Shown here in pieces: positions 1 to 8,250 of a stretch of 56,588 nucleotides of DNA (positions within the stretch are counted from its first letter, which is position 1; the number at the start of each line of letters is the position of its first letter). The stretch is taken from assembly GCA_014727925.1 (NCBI GenBank), contig WJMN01000054.1, positions 1 through 56,588 of the forward strand, written 5' to 3'. The position numbers were made by a program, and so were the translations under genes. The notes below the pieces were generated by a model. The model worked only from the letters and a program-made list of their open reading frames with translations, had not been told where the DNA came from and made no database searches. Source of the stretch: Candidatus Micrarchaeota archaeon (GTDB lineage: Archaea; Micrarchaeota; Micrarchaeia; Anstonellales; Bilamarchaeaceae).

Positions 1-231
1 ATATGTCCGGTAAACAAAGAGGATGTAAAAGAGATGGTGGGGGAGCTAAAGTCACACCCCATCATAACCGGGACGCGGGGAAAGAAACCCATAAACATGA
101 AACGGCTTTACTCGCTTATGCAAAAAACCTCCAGGATGATGGTGAAGGAGGACATGAAGGAGCTGGACCTCAACCCCGTTGTTTTCAATGAAAGGGGGTA
201 TGATATCGTGGATGTGAGGTACAAAAAATGA
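1..231 (+). CDS. acdB: ADP-forming acetyl-CoA synthetase beta subunit (ATP-grasp), C-terminal part; truncated by window edge
   Basis: Frame open from base 1 (ICPVNKEDVKEMVGELKSHPIITGTRG...ELDLNPVVF...IVDVR), typical ACD-beta C-terminus; stop overlaps the acdA start. Confidence 0.85.
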   Translation: MCPVNKEDVKEMVGELKSHPIITGTRGKKPINMKRLYSLMQKTSRMMVKEDMKELDLNPVVFNERGYDIVDVRYKK

Positions 232-1613
232 GAAAGGACCTCAGGAACCTCAAGTATGTTTTCAACCCTAAATCAATTGCAGTAATAGGAGCATCAGAAA
301 ACCCGGACAAGCTGGGCAATGTAATCCTGAAAAATCTGGTTGACGGGGGGTATGAAGGGAAAATATACCCTGTGAACCCGAAATACGAGGAATTGCTGGG
401 GCATAAGTGCTACCCAAAAGTGGGAAGCATAAAAAAACATGTGGACCTGGCGATATTTGCTGTCCCTGCGCCAATAATCCCAAAACTTGCAGAAGAATGC
501 GGAAAGAACGGGGTAAAGGGGATAGTAGTCCTCTCCGCCGGATTTGGGGAAACGGGAAAAACAAAGCTGGAGGAAAAGCTGGGAAAAATCGTATTAAAGC
601 ATGGGATGGCGATGATAGGCCCAAACTGCCTGGGCGTCATGAACCCGGAAAAAAGGGTTGACAGCATCTTCTTCCCATTTTACAAATCCGGTAGGCCCAG
701 GGTTGGAGAAATCTCCCTGATAACCCAGAGCGGGGCGGTCGGGACCTGCATCGCTGACCTTGCTTCTTATTACAATGTGGGATTTTCCAAGTTTGTATCC
801 TATGGAAATGCAACAACAATATCTGAATCGGATTTGCTAGAACATCTTGGAAAAGACAGCAAGACAAAACAGATACTGCTTTACCTGGAAGGGACAAAGG
901 ACGGGAAAAAGCTGCTTGGGGCCCTTGAAAAAGTAAATCCTAAAAAGCCGGTCATTGCGCTGAAAGCAGGCAAGAGCAGGGCCGCAGGCGAGGCGGCAAA
1001 ATCCCACACCGGGAACCTGGCCGGAAATTACCTCGCCTATCAGGCGGCATTCCGGGAAAGCAAGGTAATCGAAGTAGACTCTGTTGTTGAGCTGTTTTAT
1101 GTTGCAAACATGTTCAGCCAGGCCAGGCCAAAGGGGAAACGGGTGGGGGTACTGACAGATGGAGGGGGGCTTGGTGTGCTTACTGCAGACGCAATTGAAG
1201 AGTGTGGGATGGAACTTGCTGAATTCAGTAAAAAAACCAGCAAAAAACTCAGAAAATCCTTGCCTCATTATGTGAACATAACCAATCCGCTAGACATCGT
1301 GGCGGATTCGGGCACAGATGCATACAGGAAAGCCATTAGGGCAATGATGGAAGACAGTAGCATCGATTCCATTGTCGTAATAGTATTATTCCAGGCGCCT
1401 GCTGTGGATTCTAGGATAATAGATGTCCTGGTAAAAGAATCAGACCGCAGGAAAAAGCCGGTTGTGGTGGTTGCAGTAGGGGGAGAATATACTAAGGAGA
1501 ATAGGAGGGTACTAGATAGCTATGGGGTGCCAACATATGGCTCGCCTGATGCTGCAATAAAGACACTAAAAAAATTCACAGAATATTCCCTTTTCCATAA
1601 AAAGAAAAAATAG
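228..1613 (+). CDS. acdA: ADP-forming acetyl-CoA synthetase alpha subunit
   Basis: CoA-binding IAVIGAS...YPVNP, IGPNCLG, SFVSYGN-like region, phospho-His motif AKSHTG, NPLDI. Confidence 0.92.
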   Translation: MRKDLRNLKYVFNPKSIAVIGASENPDKLGNVILKNLVDGGYEGKIYPVNPKYEELLGHKCYPKVGSIKKHVDLAIFAVPAPIIPKLAEECGKNGVKGIVVLSAGFGETGKTKLEEKLGKIVLKHGMAMIGPNCLGVMNPEKRVDSIFFPFYKSGRPRVGEISLITQSGAVGTCIADLASYYNVGFSKFVSYGNATTISESDLLEHLGKDSKTKQILLYLEGTKDGKKLLGALEKVNPKKPVIALKAGKSRAAGEAAKSHTGNLAGNYLAYQAAFRESKVIEVDSVVELFYVANMFSQARPKGKRVGVLTDGGGLGVLTADAIEECGMELAEFSKKTSKKLRKSLPHYVNITNPLDIVADSGTDAYRKAIRAMMEDSSIDSIVVIVLFQAPAVDSRIIDVLVKESDRRKKPVVVVAVGGEYTKENRRVLDSYGVPTYGSPDAAIKTLKKFTEYSLFHKKKK

Positions 1614-1615
1614 GG

Positions 1616-2266
1616 TTATTTTTTCCTGAGCACAAGAAACAGGTGGCTTTTCTCATAGGGTTCCAGGGCCACCTCCTCAATCAGCTCAAGCTCTGAAGAA
1701 ATCTCTTCTTTTACCTGGGCATATGTCTCTTCGGGGCTCTGGGTAACATCAATGCTCTGGGACTTGATTGCAATCATCGCATATCCCCCTTTTCTCAGGA
1801 ACATCCTGCTGTTTTTTAGGAGAATGTCTGCCTGTTCCGGAGAGGCAACATCCTCATATATTACATCCACCTTCCCGATCTCCTGGTAATTTTTTGGCTG
1901 GCGGGCATCTGCAAGAATGGGAATAACATTCTCTCTTTTTTCGCAGAAGCGCAGGAGAAACTTCATAGAATGGGCAGATATCTCCACTGCATATATCCCT
2001 CCGTCCGTAAGTACATCAGAGATGTGGGAAGGGGTTGTTCCGGTGGAAGCCCCGAGGTATAGGATTTCTGAATCATGTTTTATCGGATTGTTCTTCAGGC
2101 CGTTTTTTATGGCTGCGCAGAGTTTGCTGCGGCGGGGGTTCCATGCCCGGTATTCTTTTCCATTGATGTTGAGCAGGCGTTCCCCATAAACCTGCTTTCC
2201 TGGCACCCTGTTTCTGGTCAAGATTCTGCCTTCGTGCTCAAAGACATTTTCAAAAATTTCTTTCAT
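1616..2266 (-). CDS. flpA: Fibrillarin-like rRNA/tRNA 2'-O-methyltransferase
   Basis: YGERL, YRAWNPRRSKL, ILYLGASTGTTPSHISD, DARQP motifs. Confidence 0.95.
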   Translation of the reverse strand: MKEIFENVFEHEGRILTRNRVPGKQVYGERLLNINGKEYRAWNPRRSKLCAAIKNGLKNNPIKHDSEILYLGASTGTTPSHISDVLTDGGIYAVEISAHSMKFLLRFCEKRENVIPILADARQPKNYQEIGKVDVIYEDVASPEQADILLKNSRMFLRKGGYAMIAIKSQSIDVTQSPEETYAQVKEEISSELELIEEVALEPYEKSHLFLVLRKK

Positions 2267-2281
2267 CTGTCTACCTTTTGC

Positions 2282-3535
2282 TCAGAGCCGCGGCTTCCTC
2301 AGTGTCATTGTGGGGAAAAGGGTCTGTGCCTTTTCTTCAGAAAGAAAGTCCAGTGCAGAGCTGCAGGCCGGGCATCTAAACCCATAATCCGAAGCAGAAA
2401 CAAACTCATGGATACTGGCGCCTCCGCAGCTGGGGCAGAAGTAATATTCTCCGTTGCTGAAATCAAAATTCCTGAGCTCTTCCTCAACCCTTCCATTTAC
2501 CCAGGTCTTCATCCGCCCAACATTCAGGCACCAGAAATATGAAAACCAGCCGGTCTCTGAATCCTTATGGCGGGAATAATCAACAATTCCAAGGGAGTGG
2601 AGCTTGTTGAGGGTAGCACGCACATCGCTTATCTTTATCTTGAGTTTCTTGGAGATTTCCTCATCACTTATGTTGTTGGAGAACCCGCGGACTATCTCCA
2701 GGGCATGTTCTCCCCCTGCTTCTATAAGCACGTGGCGGGCATAAGCATCAGAGAGAAGGCGGGAGATCTCCCCCTTGTTAAGCGGCTTTCTTTCAGGCAT
2801 GCCCGGTTTCTTTGCTTTCATTTCAGGGGCTGTTTGTTTCTTTGCTATTGACTTTGTTTGCTTTTTTGGAGTTTTCTTCTTGCCGCCCCGCTTGGCAACT
2901 GCCTTCCTTACTGCAGACTTTGCAGCAGAACGATTTACCTTGGCTTTTTTGGAAGATTTGTTAGTTGATTTTTTACCGGGTTTTTTTGTTGTTTTCTTCC
3001 GGCCAGGTTTCATGGCAGACATTTTGGCAGATTTCGCCTTTGGTGTTTTCTTAGCTGTTTTTCCTTTAGTGGTCTTTTTCTTTGGGCTTCCTGCAGCGGA
3101 TTTTTTGGTTTTTATTTTTCTCTTGATCGTGCCCTTCCCCGTCTTGATTTTTTTCCTTGGTGCTTTTTTTGCTGTTTTCTTTTTGGCAGGTGCCCTCACT
3201 GGCTTTTTTGGAGTTTTCTTTTTTGCCCTGTTGGTTGGGGATTTTTTTATTTTTTTATTTTGCGGTTTTCTGAGGGAAAGTTTTTTTTCCTCTGTTTTTC
3301 TGGGTGTTTTGTTCTTTGGGGCTTTTTTGCCGGTTATCTTTTTTGTAGGTGTTTTTCCTTTGGCAGATTTTTTCCTGCAGGGCTTTTTTCGCTTGGCCCC
3401 GGCTGCGGAGGTGTTTGTGCGTGCTGTTTTTTTCTTGGTTTTTGCCTTGCCCTTTACGGGCTTTTTCTTGACCACCTTACGGCGGGGAGAACTCGCCTTT
3501 TTCCGGGATTTAGAAATACTACCTTTTTTATTCAT
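2282..3535 (-). CDS. tfe: Transcription factor E (TFE alpha) with ~250-aa Lys/Ala-rich N-terminal extension
   Basis: C-terminal ~165 aa have the winged helix (SDEEISKKLKIKISDVRATLNKLH...GWFSYFW) and Zn ribbon (CPSC...CPAC); GGTGGT SD-like motif before the ATG at 3535. Confidence 0.88.
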   Translation of the reverse strand: MNKKGSISKSRKKASSPRRKVVKKKPVKGKAKTKKKTARTNTSAAGAKRKKPCRKKSAKGKTPTKKITGKKAPKNKTPRKTEEKKLSLRKPQNKKIKKSPTNRAKKKTPKKPVRAPAKKKTAKKAPRKKIKTGKGTIKRKIKTKKSAAGSPKKKTTKGKTAKKTPKAKSAKMSAMKPGRKKTTKKPGKKSTNKSSKKAKVNRSAAKSAVRKAVAKRGGKKKTPKKQTKSIAKKQTAPEMKAKKPGMPERKPLNKGEISRLLSDAYARHVLIEAGGEHALEIVRGFSNNISDEEISKKLKIKISDVRATLNKLHSLGIVDYSRHKDSETGWFSYFWCLNVGRMKTWVNGRVEEELRNFDFSNGEYYFCPSCGGASIHEFVSASDYGFRCPACSSALDFLSEEKAQTLFPTMTLRKPRL

Positions 3536-3682
3536 CAGACCACCACAAACCAGCAGATTATTTTAGGGGGTTTCAGCTATTTAAATGTTTGCGGGAGCCG
3601 CAGAAGCAAAAGGGTTTTATTCAGTTTGGTGCAGGGCGATTTCCTTTTTTAAAATATTGAAGAGAAAGAACAGTGGGAAAAA

Positions 3683-4867
3683 ATGAAACCGGATAATTAC
3701 TGTGTTGCGTGCAAGGGAACAAAAAACCTTTGCGGCCTAGGATACTGCCCTATACTCAAAAGGATACGTGCACAGCACAAGCTGGACCAGGACATAAAGC
3801 AGGACCTTTTCGGCCCTTCCAACGAGGTGTTCGTTGGCTCAGCAAATTATCCTGATGTTTCCTGGGGTCCGGTGGTTTCGCTTTCTGATTACAGGGGAGT
3901 AAGGGAACTCTATGAACAGGGATACGGGAGGGTGGTTGAGGCTCGCGCGGCAATGGTCAAGGGAAAGCGCTTTGGGGGAATAAAGCCCCACAGGCGGAGT
4001 GTCAGAGAAACTGCTGAAGCGGCAATCTCCACCCGGGCTGTGGACCTGGAAGTGAATTTTTCAAGGAAGCCCAGCTATGACATGCGGTTTTCTTCCCTTG
4101 TCCAGCCTACCGGGGCATCTGCGCCGATGAAGAGGCTGCGTGTATGCGATAATCCAAAAGTTCCCAGGAAGGTTGACAGCATACTGGAAGAAAAAATGAA
4201 GGCAGGGGCCGCGGCAATAGAGCTTTACCAGAAAGGGATGGACAACTATTACATCTCAAGCGTGCTTTCAGTGGGCAAGCTGGGGCTTGAGGAAAACAGG
4301 ATAATGGTGCCAACAAGGTGGAGCATAACTGCAACTGATGACATGCTTGGAAAGCACCTGATACAAAGAGTTCGGGAATTTAAACAAATGAACAGAGTAT
4401 GGCTTTTTAGCCACACCTCTTTTTCAAACCATTACGAAATAATGCTGATTCCGGGGAAATGGGAATTTGAAAATTTTGAAGCGTGGTGCCCCAATACACT
4501 GTGGAACCCACAGGGAAGCAGGGCAAGGATAAGCGAAGAATACGAGCCATTTGGGGGAAGGGGCAAATATGCAAAATCCCAGGCCGGGGCTTACTACTCA
4601 GTGCGGCTTGCGGTACTTGAGTTCCTAGAGAGAATATGCAGGCAGGCAAGGGTGGTTGCGTTCAGGGAAGTATATGAGGGCTACCAGGTCCCTGTAGGGG
4701 TATTCCAGGTAAGGGAAAATGCAAGGGACGCTATGGAGAATCCGGAGAGATTTTCCAGTGTTGAGGAAGCACTCGGGGTTGCTGCAGAGAGGATGAGGAT
4801 TCCTGTGGGAGAATACCTGAAAAAGAGCAGGGTTTTGGGGCAGAAGAACCTGCTGGAGTTTATGTAA
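3683..4867 (+). CDS. nreA: Nre family DNA repair protein
   Basis: N-terminal CxxCKG..LCG...CP, VPTRWSITATDD, GKWEFENFEAW, VPVGVFQVRE, C-terminal PIP box QKNLLEF. Confidence 0.92.
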   Translation: MKPDNYCVACKGTKNLCGLGYCPILKRIRAQHKLDQDIKQDLFGPSNEVFVGSANYPDVSWGPVVSLSDYRGVRELYEQGYGRVVEARAAMVKGKRFGGIKPHRRSVRETAEAAISTRAVDLEVNFSRKPSYDMRFSSLVQPTGASAPMKRLRVCDNPKVPRKVDSILEEKMKAGAAAIELYQKGMDNYYISSVLSVGKLGLEENRIMVPTRWSITATDDMLGKHLIQRVREFKQMNRVWLFSHTSFSNHYEIMLIPGKWEFENFEAWCPNTLWNPQGSRARISEEYEPFGGRGKYAKSQAGAYYSVRLAVLEFLERICRQARVVAFREVYEGYQVPVGVFQVRENARDAMENPERFSSVEEALGVAAERMRIPVGEYLKKSRVLGQKNLLEFM

Positions 4868-4878
4868 CCATGGTTACA
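4863..4878. promoter_or_regulatory. Perfect 16-bp palindrome TGTAACCATGGTTACA, copy 1 (overlaps nreA stop, upstream of purF TATA)
   Basis: Read directly; identical copies at 8138-8153 and 20332-20347. Regulatory role is inferred. Confidence 0.7.
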
Positions 4879-4891
4879 AAACCTATAATGC

Positions 4892-4899
4892 TTATAAAA
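4892..4899 (+). promoter_or_regulatory. TATA box for purF-pheT
   Basis: TTATAAAA about 45 nt before the purF ATG in an intergenic gap. Confidence 0.55.
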
Positions 4900-4943
4900 C
4901 TCCCATACCCTAAGAAGAATATTCTTGCTTATCTGGTGAATAA

Positions 4944-6323
4944 ATGGATGAAGTAAAGGAAGAATGTGGAATAGTGGCAGTCATCTCAAAAAACAAAAGC
5001 CCTGTTGCCCCGGCTGTTTACAGGGCAATGATTGGCGTCCAGCACAGGGGCCAGGATGCTGCAGGCATGGTATTGTACAATGGCTCTTTCTACAAGAAGA
5101 GGGGGACGGGGCTGGTTGCGGAAGTCATCCAGAAAGAAGACCTTGGCCAGCCCCACTGGGCAGGGATTGGCCATACCCGCTATCCCACAACAGAAACAGC
5201 AACACTCAAGGACGTCCAGCCATCCACTTCAGGAAGCCTCTCTGTTGCACATAACGGGCACATCACAAATTACCAGGAGATACGAAATGGGCTGGAAGAG
5301 AAGAAGTATGTTTTTGAGGGAACTGTGGACTCAGAAGCCATCCTCTACCTGATAACAGACAAACTCCGCGAGGGGGCCGCCCTCAAGGGGGCAGTACTTC
5401 ATGCAATGGAGAAGCTTGATGGCGCATACTCGGTTGTCGGAATATATGACAGGAAAATATTTGTGTTTAGGGACCCCCACGGTATAAGGCCCCTCACCTA
5501 CGGAGAAGATGAAAACAGCATAATCTTCTGCTCCGAGTCCACCGGCCTGGATATGAACCTGGTTCCTTACTCTGGCTCAATCCAGCCGGGAGAGCTGGCA
5601 ATAATTGATGAGAATGGAAAAATGGAAAAAGAAACCCTTTTGGACAGGGGGGCCAGGCACTGCATGTTTGAGTATGTTTATTTTTCCCGCCCTGATTCAA
5701 TAATAAATGGGAAGCTTGTGGAGCAGGTAAGAAAAGAACTCGGAAAGCAGCTTGCAGAAGAAGCACCTGTTGAAGCAGACCTTATAATCCCTGTCCCAGA
5801 CACCTCAAGGAGCGCCGCGCTTGGCTTTGCAAGGGAAACAGGTGTGGAGTACACAGAAGGGATAATAAAAAACAGGTACATAGGCAGGACTTTCATAATG
5901 CCTGACCAGGAGAGCAGGAAAAAGGCAGTGAGGATGAAGGTGAATCCAATTAAACAGTTAATCCAGGGAAAACGGATTGTCCTGTTTGATGACAGCATTG
6001 TGCGGGGCACCACAATGAAGGAAATCGTCCGCATGCTGAGAAACTGCGGGCCAAAAGAAATACATCTGCGCATAACCTGCCCCCCCATAATTTCTCCCTG
6101 TTTTTACGGAATAGACATGCCCACATATGATGAGCTGATAGCAAATAACAAGACAATAGAAGAGATAAGGGATTTCTTTGGGGTAGACAGCCTCCATTAC
6201 ATCAGCTTAGAGGGGCTGAAAAAGGCAGTTGGAAAAAACAGTTGCTTCGGATGTGTAACCGGGAGATACGTTACTCCCGCAGCTGAAAAGAAAGCAAAGG
6301 AGAAGAGGGACCCGCATGGCTAA
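4944..6323 (+). CDS. purF: Amidophosphoribosyltransferase
   Basis: Propeptide + catalytic Cys (EECGI), QHRGQDAAG, IGHTRYPT, AHNG, CMFEYVYFSRPDS, DDSIVRGTT, Fe-S Cys. Confidence 0.97.
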   Translation: MDEVKEECGIVAVISKNKSPVAPAVYRAMIGVQHRGQDAAGMVLYNGSFYKKRGTGLVAEVIQKEDLGQPHWAGIGHTRYPTTETATLKDVQPSTSGSLSVAHNGHITNYQEIRNGLEEKKYVFEGTVDSEAILYLITDKLREGAALKGAVLHAMEKLDGAYSVVGIYDRKIFVFRDPHGIRPLTYGEDENSIIFCSESTGLDMNLVPYSGSIQPGELAIIDENGKMEKETLLDRGARHCMFEYVYFSRPDSIINGKLVEQVRKELGKQLAEEAPVEADLIIPVPDTSRSAALGFARETGVEYTEGIIKNRYIGRTFIMPDQESRKKAVRMKVNPIKQLIQGKRIVLFDDSIVRGTTMKEIVRMLRNCGPKEIHLRITCPPIISPCFYGIDMPTYDELIANNKTIEEIRDFFGVDSLHYISLEGLKKAVGKNSCFGCVTGRYVTPAAEKKAKEKRDPHG

Positions 6324-7878
6324 CATAAATGCTGATTTCAAAAAACTGGAAAAAATGACCGGGCGGCGCGAGGAAGAAATCATCGATTGCCTCACAAAGA
6401 TAGGCATGCCGGTGGAGGAGGAGGAAGGGGAGGTTGTCGTTGAGATAACCCCAAACCGGCCAGACCTTTTTTGCATAGAAGGAATTGCCAGAGCAGTTAT
6501 TGCATATTACGACAAAAAAATTCCAGAGTACACTTCTGAAAAATCCGAATATTCCATGGAAGTTTCCAAAGAAACACGAAAAGTAAGGCCAGAGGTTTCG
6601 GCAGCTGTAGTCAAGGACCTTGAAATTGATGAGGGGCTGCTAGAAGACCTGATGCAGATGCAGGAAAAGCTGCATCAGACCATAGGCCGGAAAAGAAAGA
6701 AGGTTGCAGTGGGGATACATAACCTAGACAACATATCCGGGAAGCTAGAATATGTTATTGCAACGGGGGAGAAAATGGTTCCGCTGGAAACAGAAGAAGA
6801 GATGGGCATCCGGGAGGTGCTTAAAAAACACCCCAAGGGAAGGGCCTATTCCCATCTTGTCCCGGAAGGGAAGGCAGTGCTGATTAAAGATGAGAAAGGT
6901 GTGGTTTCCTTTCCCCCTGTGATAAACAGCGAAAGGACCAGGGTGACGGAAAAAACAAGGAACCTGCTTATAGAGGCCACAGGAACTTCAAGGGAAACTG
7001 TGAGGAAAACAGTAAACATAATAGCCACCGCGCTTGCGGAGAGGGGAGGAAAACTCTTCCAGGTTAAAATTGACGGGGAAACACACCCGGATTTCACAGA
7101 AAAAAAAATACCGGTGAATATGGAAAAGGCAGGAGCGGTGCTTGGAATTGGGCTGGATATGGAAAGTGGAAAGGCCTGCCTGCAGAAGATGGGGGTTGTT
7201 GTTGAAGAGGAACACGCACTTGTTCCCCCATACCGAGCAGACATAATCTCCTTTACAGATATAATAGAAGACATTGCAATCGGGTATGGTTATGAAAATC
7301 TGGAGCCAACCCTTCCCCAACTTACAACCACGGGGAAGGAGAACAGAAAGCTGGAGCCCCTGCACGATGCAATGACAGGCATGGAATTCCTTGAAGTTAA
7401 AAATTACTTCCTCACAAACCCTAAAAAGCTCTGGAAAGTGGGGAAAGATAAGGGGGCAGTGGCAATAGAAAATTCTGCTTCTGAAGAGTTTACCCACCTT
7501 AGGACAACACTCATCTCCGGAGTAATGGAATGTTTTGCAACAAATAAGATGAAAGGCCTCCCACAAAAGATCTATGAGTGTGGCAAGATATATAAGGAAG
7601 GTGAAAAGGAAAGCCTTTGTTTTGCCATTATAGAAGATGGGGCTTCATTAACAACCCTCCAGCCCTTCCTGCAAACTCTGGCCCGGTGGATAGGCAAAAA
7701 ACTAGAACTGAAGGCAGGAGAGGGTACTTGCTTTATAGAGGGAAGGTGCGCCGAGGTTTTTCTGGATGGAAAACGGGCAGGAATCATTGGCTCGGTACAT
7801 CCTGAAATACTGAAAAGATATGGGCTCGAATATCCTGTTGCTGTTTGTGAACTTGATGTAAGAAAGTTAGTGGAATAG
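6316..7878 (+). CDS. pheT: Phenylalanyl-tRNA synthetase beta subunit (archaeal type)
   Basis: EITPNRPDL, QEKLHQTIGRKRKKVAVGIH, FPPVINS, VPPYRADI...DIIEDIAIGYGY. Confidence 0.95.
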   Translation: MANINADFKKLEKMTGRREEEIIDCLTKIGMPVEEEEGEVVVEITPNRPDLFCIEGIARAVIAYYDKKIPEYTSEKSEYSMEVSKETRKVRPEVSAAVVKDLEIDEGLLEDLMQMQEKLHQTIGRKRKKVAVGIHNLDNISGKLEYVIATGEKMVPLETEEEMGIREVLKKHPKGRAYSHLVPEGKAVLIKDEKGVVSFPPVINSERTRVTEKTRNLLIEATGTSRETVRKTVNIIATALAERGGKLFQVKIDGETHPDFTEKKIPVNMEKAGAVLGIGLDMESGKACLQKMGVVVEEEHALVPPYRADIISFTDIIEDIAIGYGYENLEPTLPQLTTTGKENRKLEPLHDAMTGMEFLEVKNYFLTNPKKLWKVGKDKGAVAIENSASEEFTHLRTTLISGVMECFATNKMKGLPQKIYECGKIYKEGEKESLCFAIIEDGASLTTLQPFLQTLARWIGKKLELKAGEGTCFIEGRCAEVFLDGKRAGIIGSVHPEILKRYGLEYPVAVCELDVRKLVE

Positions 7879-7899
7879 GTAGGAGACCCCTTATTTCCA

Positions 7900-8133
7900 C
7901 TATTCCAACTCTTCAATTGAATCGGTCAGTATTTTATAAACTATGATGGAACTGGAGAAAGAATGGAAAAATCCATCAATAACCTGCTCCATTTCCTCAG
8001 GCACAACCAGCACTGATTTTGTTTTCCAAAAATACTTGTTATAGCCATTTTTATTTAAGTGGTAGTAAAAATTACGTTTTATTCTGTTGTAATCTCTAAC
8101 AGATGACTTGATATCATATATGTATACTAACAT
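7900..8133 (-). CDS. Solo Cas2/VapD-like small protein (77 aa)
   Basis: N-terminal strand with YD (MLVYIYDI), basic helix, SV+ strand (KSVLVV); visibly AT-rich; no cas genes or array nearby. Confidence 0.55.
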   Translation of the reverse strand: MLVYIYDIKSSVRDYNRIKRNFYYHLNKNGYNKYFWKTKSVLVVPEEMEQVIDGFFHSFSSSIIVYKILTDSIEELE

Positions 8134-8135
8134 TG

Positions 8136-8155
8136 TATGTAACCATGGTTACATA
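8136..8155. promoter_or_regulatory. 20-bp perfect palindrome TATGTAACCATGGTTACATA, copy 2, just upstream of the Cas2-like start codon
   Basis: Read directly; on the minus strand it lies between TATA-like TTAAAAAT (~8163-8156) and the ATG at 8133. Confidence 0.7.
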
Positions 8156-8250
8156 TATTTTTAATCATTACTTTACTGGAAAAACAGACCGTGAATAGTG
8201 GAAACACAGCCCCTCATTGTTTTTAAAGCAGAAGAAGAATAATTATCTCA

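Noticed and set aside
2775-3652. Phe/Val/Leu-rich plus-strand ORFs that look like membrane proteins
   Set aside because: Antisense shadows of the Lys-rich TFE extension (AAA/AAG codons read as TTT/CTT).
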